Notes: generated by a model not told the origin, from the sequence alone. Positions 41,445-50,640 are shown, counted from the stretch's first letter. The stretch is DNA of 64,000 bases from an uncultured Verrucomicrobiae bacterium (GCA_963834385.1 CAWIBO010000001.1:128001-192000); one strand, 5' to 3'. Numbers and translations: made by a program.

Positions 41445-42698
41445 ATGAAATGGCGCAATCAACTGCTGGCGCTGGTCTGCCTGCTGGTCTTTGCCGGCCT
41501 CGGCGTTCTCTACTTCCGGCATTGGGTGGTGCAGAAGCCATTCGGAATCATTCTCTTTATCGGGGAAGGCATGAGCCTCGATCGCCTAGCGGCCACGCGC
41601 CTTTACGCGGCCGGCGCCGATGTACCGCTGGTGCTGGACCGTTTTCCACACGTGGCCATCCTGAAGAACGCCTCCGGGGACTTTGCCGTGCCGGACGCGG
41701 CCGCGGCCGCGACTGCGTTTGCCTCCGGTTTGAGGACGAACAACGGATCGATCGGAGTCGACCGAAGCGGACGCCAGGTGCCTGGCCTGATGGAGAAGGC
41801 CCGCGCGGCCGGGCGGGCCACCGGAATCGTGACCGACGGCGAGGTGACGGCGCCGACGACGGCGGCCTTTTTTGCGCACACCACCCGTGCTGATGATGCG
41901 GGGGCAATCGCCAATGCCCTTGTCGCAGGCGATGGCCCCGATCTTCTCCTGGGCGGCGGCGGCCGATTTTTCTTTCCGGGAGGAGGCGAGGCGCCGCGCC
42001 CGGAGGCGCGGGACCTCGCGCGGGAGATGGCCGACCAGGGCTACGAAATTGTCCGGACGCAGAGCGAGCTGGAGGAAGCGGCGGATTGGCGCCGGCCGAG
42101 ATTGCGTGGGCTTTTCAGTCCCGGTCCGCTCGCCTACAGCGCCGATATTGCCCAGCGGGCCGGGCAACCGCTTCTTTCCGACATGGTGCGTCGCGCCGTG
42201 GAACTGCTGCAATTCAATCGGGGCGGATATCTCCTGGTGGTCGATGCCGCCCTGATGCGGACAAGCGCCGAGGCGAACGAGGCTGAGCGGTTACTGAACG
42301 AAATGGTTGAGTTCGACCGGGCCATTGCGGTGGCCCGCCGTTACGCGGGCGGGTCAGCCCTGATCGTGGTGGCGAGCGACCGGGCTGTGGGCGGGCTGGC
42401 CGTGAATGGCTATCCCCAGATGCGCGACAGCGGAATCGCTTTGCTTGGGCTTAACTCTGCGGGTCAGCCCTGGATGACCTGGGCGACCGGGCCGAGAGGT
42501 CCGGCGGAGGCCCCGGGAACCGGGGGAACGGGAGAAGTGGCCACCGGTCGCGAAGCGGAGCCGGCGGCGCTTCTGCTTCCGCGCGCGCTGCCGGTTGTCT
42601 CCGATGGATTTGCCCTTGGGGTCGGGACGGGGAGCGAGCGATTGCAGGGCGTGCTGGAGAACACCGCGCTCTTTTCTCTCCTGGCGGACCAATTGTAG
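41445..42698 (+). CDS. Alkaline-phosphatase-fold membrane-anchored protein with degenerate active site (pseudoenzyme)
   Basis: PhoA scaffold (IILFIG.GM, ..AAAATA..SG..T.NG.IG, LLLGGG..F, P.LSDM..RA...L....GY.L.V) but the catalytic and metal-binding residues are replaced. Confidence 0.8.
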   Translation: MKWRNQLLALVCLLVFAGLGVLYFRHWVVQKPFGIILFIGEGMSLDRLAATRLYAAGADVPLVLDRFPHVAILKNASGDFAVPDAAAAATAFASGLRTNNGSIGVDRSGRQVPGLMEKARAAGRATGIVTDGEVTAPTTAAFFAHTTRADDAGAIANALVAGDGPDLLLGGGGRFFFPGGGEAPRPEARDLAREMADQGYEIVRTQSELEEAADWRRPRLRGLFSPGPLAYSADIAQRAGQPLLSDMVRRAVELLQFNRGGYLLVVDAALMRTSAEANEAERLLNEMVEFDRAIAVARRYAGGSALIVVASDRAVGGLAVNGYPQMRDSGIALLGLNSAGQPWMTWATGPRGPAEAPGTGGTGEVATGREAEPAALLLPRALPVVSDGFALGVGTGSERLQGVLENTALFSLLADQL

Positions 42699-42710
42699 AT
42701 CGCCGGAAAC

Positions 42711-42751
42711 GCAAAAACCCGCCGGTCGCTCAGGGCAACCGGCGGGTTTGC
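42711..42751. terminator. Bidirectional Rho-independent terminator
   Basis: AAACCCGCCGGT / ACCGGCGGGTTT stem between two convergent genes. Confidence 0.85.
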
Positions 42752-42767
42752 GAATCGCAGTGTTCGA

Positions 42768-44099
42768 TTAGGGACTGGTGGGAACGATCTGGGGAATAAA
42801 GGTGAAGGGAGGTGGCGGGGGAAGGTTCGGGGGCGGTGGTCCTTCCGCGGGGATATCCTCGGGCATGTCCTTCGAGTCGACCATTTCCTTGGAGTCGATC
42901 ATCTCCTTGCCATCAGCCACCACCTTGCTGTCGATGCTGTCGTTGGTGACATTGGCTTCGCTGGTGGTCTCGGTCGCCTCGCTTTCGGTCTCCGTCGTCT
43001 GGGCGGCGGCGAGCAATTGCTGGTTTTCGCTGGTCCCGCCGAAGGCGGCGATTTCAGCCACGGTAAAGGCGGTGTCCGCCGCGCCTTCCCCGAGCCAGCG
43101 CAGCATCAGGTAACGTCCGCTGGTTTCCGTGAATTCGACCGAAGTCCGGCCGTCCGTCTCGGCCATGGCCGTGGCCACCGGGCTCAACTGCGAGAGCGAG
43201 GCATCCGAGACCTGGGCGGAACCCGTGGAGACCTGCTGCAACTCGGAAGGCAGTTCCGACATGACATACACCTCGATGCGGCCGGGACGCGCTGAGTGAA
43301 TCGCCGAGACTTTGCGGATGGAAGCGGCCTTGCCGAGATCGATCACCGCGGTGGGCGCGGCATCAGTCGTGGCAAAATCAAAGGTCGTGGTCGGATGCTC
43401 GTCGAGCATGTTGTTCGCCGCGGTCAGGTTGGTTCCGGAGCTGACGAAGACGGCCCGCGCCCGGCTGTGCAGGTCGGCCAGATTCGCGTTCATGTAGCCG
43501 AAGCTGCTTTCGCCCGACTTCTGGCTGACCGTGCGGGTGCGCGGCATGGTGAAGTCCGCGGTGGCGGCATTGGGATACACGCCGAAGGAAGTGATCTTGC
43601 CCGGCTGGGTGGCCTCGAAGGTGAGACGAACGTATTTGGCCTCGGCCGGCCCGATCTTTGCCTTCACGGTTTCAGGCGTGATCTCCTGCTGGGCGACCGT
43701 ATTCCACTGGGCGCTTTCGGCGGGGAGCTTGGCGTTGGAGGTGGCCACCGTGAGATTGCCGGCGGCACCGTTGTTAAGAAACGAGATGCTCTCGAGGTTC
43801 TCGATGGAGGGGAGCGTGAGCAGCACCGTGGTGGTTCCGGCGGAAAGCGGGAAGGCCGCGGCGGGGTCGCTGCTCAGGAGCGCGCTGGCGGCGGAGGAGT
43901 CCGCCGCGCCGGCGCTCTGCAGGACCTCGACTTCGGTGCCGAGTTTGGTGCGGGCGAGGTTTTCAGGATAGGCCGGCGCCTGCTCAACGGAGAGAGGCGG
44001 GACCTTTTGCAAGGCGATCTCGCCGGAGACGGGTGAGGTCAGGGCGAGAGGAAGAAGGAAGGCAAGATGCTTCAGGCGGACAAGGTGGGATGCGCTCAT
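42768..44099 (-). CDS. Secreted protein with two discoidin/galactose-binding-like domains and a C-terminal D[SG]K[ED]M-repeat plus Pro-rich tail
   Basis: Signal peptide; AKYVRLTF..GKITSFGVY and AVIDLGK....RKV, GRYLMLRW...VAEIAAFG (F5/8 type C-like strands). Confidence 0.7.
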   Translation of the reverse strand: MSASHLVRLKHLAFLLPLALTSPVSGEIALQKVPPLSVEQAPAYPENLARTKLGTEVEVLQSAGAADSSAASALLSSDPAAAFPLSAGTTTVLLTLPSIENLESISFLNNGAAGNLTVATSNAKLPAESAQWNTVAQQEITPETVKAKIGPAEAKYVRLTFEATQPGKITSFGVYPNAATADFTMPRTRTVSQKSGESSFGYMNANLADLHSRARAVFVSSGTNLTAANNMLDEHPTTTFDFATTDAAPTAVIDLGKAASIRKVSAIHSARPGRIEVYVMSELPSELQQVSTGSAQVSDASLSQLSPVATAMAETDGRTSVEFTETSGRYLMLRWLGEGAADTAFTVAEIAAFGGTSENQQLLAAAQTTETESEATETTSEANVTNDSIDSKVVADGKEMIDSKEMVDSKDMPEDIPAEGPPPPNLPPPPPFTFIPQIVPTSP

Positions 44100-44121
44100 A
44101 ATTTCCATAGCTACAAGAACC

Positions 44122-44150
44122 ATAGTAGACAGTTCCCGCCCGTCTGGCAA
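44122..44150 (-). promoter_or_regulatory. Sigma70-type promoter of the discoidin-like gene
   Basis: TTGCCA-N17-TACTAT. Confidence 0.65.
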
Positions 44151-44239
44151 TAGAAAACTCCGGGCCCACCCAATTTTCTTTCGCCTCCGCTCGCCCCAGC
44201 CCACCAGCAGGCGGCTGTGGGCCGGCGGCCCGACTCCCC

Positions 44240-44824
44240 TTAGCGGGCGGCCAGCAAGGTGCTCGCCTTCACCGCCCGGTATTTCTTGGTCCCGGCGTAG
44301 GCATACATCGGGAGGTAGGAGCGGTTGCCATGCCGTTCCGCACGCTCCGCTGTCCAGTTCAAGGTGGGATCAAGGACGTAGGTGCCCGTCGGGGTCGACC
44401 ATTCCAGCCAGGCGTGCGTGGACCGGCTGTAGATGGACTTCTTTCCGATGACGAGACGAATGTTCTTGGCTCCGCGCGCCTTCATCCGGGCATAGAGGGC
44501 CACGGCTTTCCCTTTGCAATCGGCGGAGGAACCGGTCGCAACTTCGTTCGGAGTCTTCCACTGCATCGAGAAACGGTAGGGAATTGAGCGGAGATCCCAC
44601 ATCCAGTTGTTGACCAGGTGGAGATTGACCTGCGCTTTGGGCGCCGCTTGCTGGGCCTTGGTCAGGATCGGCTGGATCCGGTTCATCTGACGGTCGTAAG
44701 GGGTGGAATCGACCGAGAAAAGGATCGGCTGCGCGAAACAAGAGGCGGCGCAGAGCCCGGCAAGGGTGGCCAGGGCAACCCAGACGCGGCGGAGAGAGAG
44801 CGGAGAGAGGCTTATGGTAATCAT
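44240..44824 (-). CDS. Secreted transglutaminase-like cysteine protease (BTLCP/LapG-like, peptidase C93-like)
   Basis: Signal peptide; W.TP.E....ADCKGKA, THAWL, YVLDPT give a Cys-His-Asp triad. Confidence 0.8.
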   Translation of the reverse strand: MITISLSPLSLRRVWVALATLAGLCAASCFAQPILFSVDSTPYDRQMNRIQPILTKAQQAAPKAQVNLHLVNNWMWDLRSIPYRFSMQWKTPNEVATGSSADCKGKAVALYARMKARGAKNIRLVIGKKSIYSRSTHAWLEWSTPTGTYVLDPTLNWTAERAERHGNRSYLPMYAYAGTKKYRAVKASTLLAAR

Positions 44825-44843
44825 AGTTGCTATGACTTACATA

Positions 44844-44859
44844 AGCAGGGCACGTGCCA
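44844..44859 (-). promoter_or_regulatory. Sigma54 (-24/-12)-like promoter
   Basis: TGGCAC-GTGCC-CTGCT against consensus TGGCAC-N5-TTGCW, about 20 nt upstream of the ATG at 44824. Confidence 0.55.
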
Positions 44860-44930
44860 GCCTTGGCCCACGCCCGACCGCGCGCCCCTCTCCCGGCTAC
44901 ACCAAGCCCCCTGGGCGAGGCAAGAATCGC

Positions 44931-45215
44931 CTACTCGGCTGATTCCATCGCGAGGACCTCCTCGCTGGTAAACCGCCCAACCCGGGAGGAACCCGCCGGC
45001 TCTGCCTCCTGCGACTTCTTCTTCTTCTTCGCTTTGGCCGTCGCTCTCCGGACCGCACGGGACTTTGCTCCCTTTTCCTGCGGGATGAGCGACCCGGTAA
45101 TGATGACCCGGTCGCCCCGCCGCCGGTCATCCTTCCGCTCCGCCGCGGATACGCCCGGGAGGACAAGGGTGAAGGCGAGGACGAGCAATAAGGCGAGACG
45201 GGCGAGGACGAACAT
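44931..45215 (-). CDS. Small secreted basic protein carrying a stand-alone TonB-box-like motif
   Basis: Signal peptide MFVLARLALLLVLAFTLVLPGVSA, then DRVIITGSLIP, nearly identical to DRVIVTGSNIP of the adjacent TonB receptor. Confidence 0.65.
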   Translation of the reverse strand: MFVLARLALLLVLAFTLVLPGVSAAERKDDRRRGDRVIITGSLIPQEKGAKSRAVRRATAKAKKKKKSQEAEPAGSSRVGRFTSEEVLAMESAE

Positions 45216-45279
45216 GGCGCCTGTGATACCAAGCGGCGGAACAACAGGCAAGCGTTACCCACGCGCGATCGCGGTACGC

Positions 45280-45311
45280 AAAAAGGGCAGCGGCCGAAAC
45301 CGCTGCCCCTT
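45280..45311 (-). terminator. Rho-independent terminator of the TonB receptor gene
   Basis: GGGCAGCGG / CCGCTGCCC stem, UUCG-containing loop, U-tract on the minus strand. Confidence 0.85.
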
Positions 45312-45333
45312 GCAATGTTTAACTAAGTCCGGT

Positions 45334-48300
45334 TTAGAACTTCTTCGTCAGAGCCACGTAAACGAACCGTCCGGTGGCATCATAGATGAAGCCAGGGTAG
45401 CCGGTCGAGTTACCGCCGCCGCCGAACGCCTTCGGCGGATCTTCGCCGGTGACGTTGTTGCAGCCAATGGTGATGGTGGTCTTGTCGAGCACACGCTGCC
45501 ACATCGGCAGGCCGTAGTTGGCGGTCTGGGTGGCCGAGCTCTCGGCAATGGCCATGTCCTTGCCGCGAACGACGTCCTTGCCGTCTTTCGAGAAGCCGGG
45601 GACCGGCTGCGACTCGACAGGAGCGGCGAAGGCGATCTCGTAGGAGCCCTGCACGTCACCCATCCAGGAATGGCTGGTGTAGTGGTCGAACTCGCCGAGG
45701 CCGCCGCGGGGATTGCTGTTCTTGAAGAACGGCGTGTATTCGTGGAACCCACCAGTGTAACGCAGGGTTGCGTTGATATTGATGTTGTTCCAGGTCCAGT
45801 CGAGCTTCTGACGCGCTCTCCATTTGAGGTAACCGTCATTCGACGCGAAGACGTCGGTCGTCTCACCCGAAACCTCGGCTTCACGCTGTCCGGCCACGCC
45901 GGCGAACTCGAACGAGTCGAGATAGGTGGCCTGGGTGTAGGCGGTGAAGACACCGATGCCGGTCTCGATCTGATACTGGGCGCCAAGGTCGATACCACGC
46001 GCCTTCTGTGAACCCGCGTTCAAGAAGGTGTAGTTCACGCGGGCGATGGAGTTGGTCCACCGGGTCGCGATCGACTGACTCACCCGGCTGCAGGGTTCCG
46101 GCGAGCTTCGCGCTGAAGCACGGCCGCCACGCTGGGCTGAATGACAACACCGGTGCGCTCGATGTCCCAGATGTCAGCTGAGATCGTGAACGATCCATAC
46201 TGGGACGGCAGGAACTTCGGCGTCCAGACGAAGCCGGCGCTGAAGGAATGGGAGTCTTCCGGGGTCAGACCGGGGTTACCGGTGAAGGTAACCGGGGTCT
46301 CCGAGTTGGTACGAGCCGGGTCGCCAAGCGGCAGATTCGGTCCACCAGCCGAGAACGGCAGCGGATCGGTCGCACCGGTGAGCGCCGCGGTCGGGCTCGA
46401 GAAGAGCTCGAAGAGCGACGGGTTCCGGAAGCCTTTGCCCCAGGTCACGCGGAGCGTGAGGGTCTCGTCCAGCGGCTGCCAGCGCAGACCGAACTTCGGC
46501 ACGACGACGTTGGTGTCGTTGTTGCGGAAGAACTCGCCGCGGACGGCCGCGGTGATGTCGAGCGCATGGAACATGCGGACGTTGTTGTCCGGAGCGAAGA
46601 TCGGGATGGAGGTCTCACCAAAGAACGCATAGGACTTGCGGCCGGCGATGGTGATCGCGTTCGGCGAGCTGCCGATCGTGTCACCGTCCAGGTTGATCTG
46701 GTCGGGATCCTGTTTCAGCGTCTCACGACGGAACTGACCGCCCATGGCGAAGCCGACTCCACCGGCCGGGAGCTTGAAGAGCTCGGTCGTGTAGAGAACG
46801 AAGTCAGCCGTGAAGAGCTTCGAGTTGTTGACGTCCTTGGGCTGGACGTTCACGAAGTCAACCAGGGCCGCGTTCGCAGGAATCTCGACGCGATAATCGC
46901 CAAACGGATTGTAGGGGATGGTGGTGCCGATAAAGGAACCGCTCATCGGATTGAAGATCGGGTCGTTCGCATTCAGGGCGCGAAGCAGACGCGAGGTCGA
47001 CTGAAGCTGACCCTGCTGAATCTGCTCGATCTCACTGTAGCGCATACCGCCATCGTAACCCCAGGTGCCGTCAAACAACCGGTCGCCGCGAGCCCCGAGA
47101 GTCGCCATGAAGGCGTTCGTGGTCGAGTCGAAGATACGGTTGCCGAACTCGGCCAGACGGGCGCGGCTGCTGCCCGAGATGACCTGCTGGAACGGGTTGA
47201 AGGGGTTGAAGGCGTCCTCGGGGAAGAGCACGCTCTCGCGGCTTGGGCCGCCCACAACCGCGCCTTCTTCGCGCGGCGGGATGGCCAGGATGGTCTGCCC
47301 CGGGGTATTGAAGTTGCCCGTGGCGGCCGGAGCCAGCTCGTTGTGGATCTTGGTCTTGTTATAGAAGAGATCGCCGTAGATGACGAACTGCTCGCCGAGC
47401 CACTGGTGGTTGAAGTTCACAAATCCACCGTAGCGCTCGATGTCCGGGAAGGAGCTCGAGAACTGGTTGAAGTTGAAGAACGACGAACGACCCGCGGTGA
47501 AGACAAACTCCTCGATCGCCCGAGTTGCCGTCCGAGAAGAACGGCGCGCGACCGAAGAAGGTCGTGCGGGTGCTGGTGGCGATGCTGGTCGGAACCGGCT
47601 GTCCCTGGTTGGCGAAGGCTTCCTCAATGGCGGCCTTGGTCAGCGAGAGGTTGAGCGGGCTGGAGTTGGTGCTGAGGAACGGAGGCACCGCCGAGAAACC
47701 GCGATCACGATTGAAGATCGAGTTGCGGAATTCGTAGCTGATGACGCCGTTAACGTTGGTGCGGCCATCGCCGACACCGAAGAGCACGTGCGTCTGGAAG
47801 CGCATGCTGTCCTTGTCGAGCGTATTGCCGAGTTCAACGCGGGCTTCTGCGCCCTTGTAATCCTTGCGGAACTTGATGTTCACGACACCGGCGACCGCAT
47901 CCGCACCGTAGGTGGTGGAAGCGCCGTCCTTCAGAACTTCGATGCTCTGAATGGCCGCAGCCGGGATGGAACTCAAGTCGATGAACGCCGTGGTGCCGCC
48001 CGCTCCGACGGGATAGGGGGCCACGCGACGACCATCAAGCAGGACGAGGGTTGCGTCCGGGCCGAAGCCGCGGAGCGAAACGCCCGTGGCGCCCGGGGTG
48101 AAACCGGTCGCGTTGTTGGAAATTGGAACACCGCCGGCATTGCTCACGGGAAGATCTTTGATCAGCTCTTCCGCGGTGCGCTCGCCGGATTTTTCGATGA
48201 GATCGCGGTTAACCGTCAAGACCGGGTTCGGTCCGACTTCTTCCGCGGTCGGGATGTTGGAACCGGTCACGATAACGCGATCGGTTGTGGCCACAGGGGG

Positions 48301-48495
48301 CTGGGCGAACGGGCTTGGCCCCGGGGCTCCACCAGTCGCGGCAATATCGCTGTCAGGGACAGCAACTGACGTCGACGCGGGGGTGGCCTCCGGGTCTTGC
48401 GCGAAAGCGCTCGACGCCAGAACAAAAGGAATTCCCACGCCTGCCACGAGAGCAAAGCGGAGTGATCCTAACGTCTTCAGTACGTTTCTTATCAT
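45334..48495 (-). CDS. TonB-dependent receptor (three +1 frameshifts near 47520, 46108 and 46058)
   Basis: TonB box DRVIVTGS; plug SLRGFG..ATLVLLDGRR and IEVLKDGASTTYGADAVAGVVNI; barrel PKFGLRWQP, WGKGFRNPSL, GNPGLTPE; C-terminal GRFVYVALTKKF. SD AGGAG present. Confidence 0.9.
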
Positions 48496-48728
48496 TAGTT
48501 TCTCCTATTAGGTTTGGTTAGGTTTGGCGCTAGGGATTACGGGAAGTTGCGAGGGCTGACAAGACTTTTTTTCACAATTCGTGAATTTTTTTGAACGGGG
48601 CGCCTCGGCCCAATGTCGGGTCCCCTTCCATCCCCCACCCCCCTGGCCCCCTGCCCGGCCTTCCGCAGCCGACCCGGCCCGGACATAATTCTCTTGTGCC
48701 TTGCGGACTTTCCGGAACGGTGTCCGCA

Positions 48729-50012
48729 ATGCTTTTCCTCGCCGCGGTCGCCGCCGAACCCCATCCGCTGAGCATGCTCCCGTTTGCGGCGATGCTGCTC
48801 TGCATCGCGCTTCTGCCTTTGATCCTGCGGCACCACTGGGAACGCTTTTACCATCTTATCGCGCTGGGGCTCGCCGCCATCACGGCCAGCTATTATATCT
48901 TCGGCCTGGAGAACAGCGGCCGCCTCCTGCACGAGCTGCGTGACTACGTTTCCTTTATCGTCCTGCTCGGTTCGCTCTTCATCGTCGCGGGCGGAATTCA
49001 TTTCACCCTCCGCGGCGAAGCCACCCCGTGGCAGAACTGCGCCTTTCTCTTTGGCGGCGGCCTTCTCTCCAATGTGATCGGCACCACCGGGGCCTCCATG
49101 CTCCTGATCCGACCCTGGATCCGGCTCAATCGCCGGCGTTACGCCGGCCTGCACACCGCGTTTTTCATCTTTGTGATTTCAAACACGGGCGGTGGCCTCA
49201 CCCCCATCGGCGATCCGCCGCTTTTGCTCGGCTTTCTCAAAGGCGTCCCGTTCTGGTGGGTCATCCAGAACTGCTGGAAACCGTGGTTGATCGCCATCTG
49301 CGGCATCATCGCCATCTTCTATCTGGTGGACCGCTGGCACGACCGGAAGAGCTTTGATCCCAATCCCGCGGATGACGGCATTGATGCCGACATGAAATTC
49401 CAGGGGGCGCGCAATCTCTGGTTTCTCGGGCTGATCCTCCTGGCGGTTTTTGTGAACGACCCGCCCTTTCTGCGCGAGGCCCTGATGGTCCTGGCTGCGG
49501 CGGCCTCCTATTATTTCACGCCAAAGATGGTGCACCGAGCGAACAACTTCTCCTTTCTCCCAATCAAGGAGGTGGCGTGGCTTTTCCTCGGCATCTTCAC
49601 CACCATGGTGCCGGTGCTCGATTACATGAAGGGGCATGCGGATACCTTGGGCCTGCGCAGTCCGGGCGAATTTTTCTGGGTCACCGGCGTCCTTTCCAGC
49701 GTGCTCGATAACGCGCCGACTTACCTGACCATGCTGGCGAATGCGCTTGGCCTGCAGGAGCTCAGCATCGAATCGGCGGATGATGTGCGCGCCTTTCTCC
49801 CGCTGGGAGGCCCGGTCCTTGCCGCCATCTCCATGGGCGCAGTCCTGTTTGGCGCCATCACCTATATTGGCAACGGTCCCAACTTCATGGTGAAGGCGAT
49901 CGTGCAGCAACAGGGCAAGCCGGCCCCCGGCTTCTTCGGTTACATTTTCTTCTATGCCCTGCCGGTCTTCCTCCCGGTGCTGGCGCTGGTCTGGTTCTTT
50001 TCCTTCCGCTAG
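48729..50012 (+). CDS. Putative sodium:proton antiporter (IT superfamily)
   Basis: Multiple TM helices; GTTGASMLLIRP, N.GG.LTPIGDPPL.LGFLKGV, SSVLDNAPTY, TYIGNGPNFMVK. Confidence 0.85.
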   Translation: MLFLAAVAAEPHPLSMLPFAAMLLCIALLPLILRHHWERFYHLIALGLAAITASYYIFGLENSGRLLHELRDYVSFIVLLGSLFIVAGGIHFTLRGEATPWQNCAFLFGGGLLSNVIGTTGASMLLIRPWIRLNRRRYAGLHTAFFIFVISNTGGGLTPIGDPPLLLGFLKGVPFWWVIQNCWKPWLIAICGIIAIFYLVDRWHDRKSFDPNPADDGIDADMKFQGARNLWFLGLILLAVFVNDPPFLREALMVLAAAASYYFTPKMVHRANNFSFLPIKEVAWLFLGIFTTMVPVLDYMKGHADTLGLRSPGEFFWVTGVLSSVLDNAPTYLTMLANALGLQELSIESADDVRAFLPLGGPVLAAISMGAVLFGAITYIGNGPNFMVKAIVQQQGKPAPGFFGYIFFYALPVFLPVLALVWFFSFR

Positions 50013-50020
50013 GATTCGTC

Positions 50021-50623
50021 ATGTTCACCGGATTGGTCGAGGAAGTTGGCTCGGTGCTCTGGATCCGGGCCACGGAACGCGGGACCCAGTTGCAACTGGC
50101 GGCGCCCGTCGTCTCGGCCGACGCGCGCCGCGGTGAAAGCATCGCGGTGAATGGCTGTTGCCTGACCGTTTCCGGACGCCGTGAATCCACCCTCACCTTT
50201 GATCTCCTGGAGGAGACAATCGAGCGGACCAACCTGCGCCATCTTCGCCCGGCCGGCCTGGTGAACCTGGAACGCGCCCTGGCCGCCTCGGCCCGGCTCG
50301 GCGGCCATTTCGTGCAGGGCCACGTCGATTGCGCCACCCGCGTGATTTCGTTCGAACGGGTGGGTGACGATTACCGCCTCGAGGTGGAACTCCCCGCCGA
50401 TTACAGCCACTACGTGGCCGAAAAAGGCTCCATCGCCATCAACGGCATCAGCCTGACCGTGGCGGAAGTGCAGCCGGCCAGCGTCGTCGCCTGGATCATT
50501 CCGCAGACGCGCAAGCAGACGAATCTCGAAGGGGCGCGCACCGGGGACTGGGTCAACCTCGAGTTCGACATCCTCGCGAAGTATGTGGAGCGGATGCTGC
50601 CGCGCCTCCCCCGGGAGCGTTGA
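50021..50623 (+). CDS. ribE: Riboflavin synthase (alpha chain)
   Basis: MFTGLV N-terminus, SIAVNGCCLTV, NLERAL....RLGGHFVQGHVD, KGSIAINGISLTV. Confidence 0.95.
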   Translation: MFTGLVEEVGSVLWIRATERGTQLQLAAPVVSADARRGESIAVNGCCLTVSGRRESTLTFDLLEETIERTNLRHLRPAGLVNLERALAASARLGGHFVQGHVDCATRVISFERVGDDYRLEVELPADYSHYVAEKGSIAINGISLTVAEVQPASVVAWIIPQTRKQTNLEGARTGDWVNLEFDILAKYVERMLPRLPRER

Positions 50624-50640
50624 GGAGAAGCGCCTGCGTT

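Noticed and set aside
46050..47525. Programmed frameshifting or phase variation in the TonB receptor
   Set aside because: The breaks are in 2-3 nt runs with no slippery heptamer or long repeat tract, and the same error pattern affects housekeeping genes.
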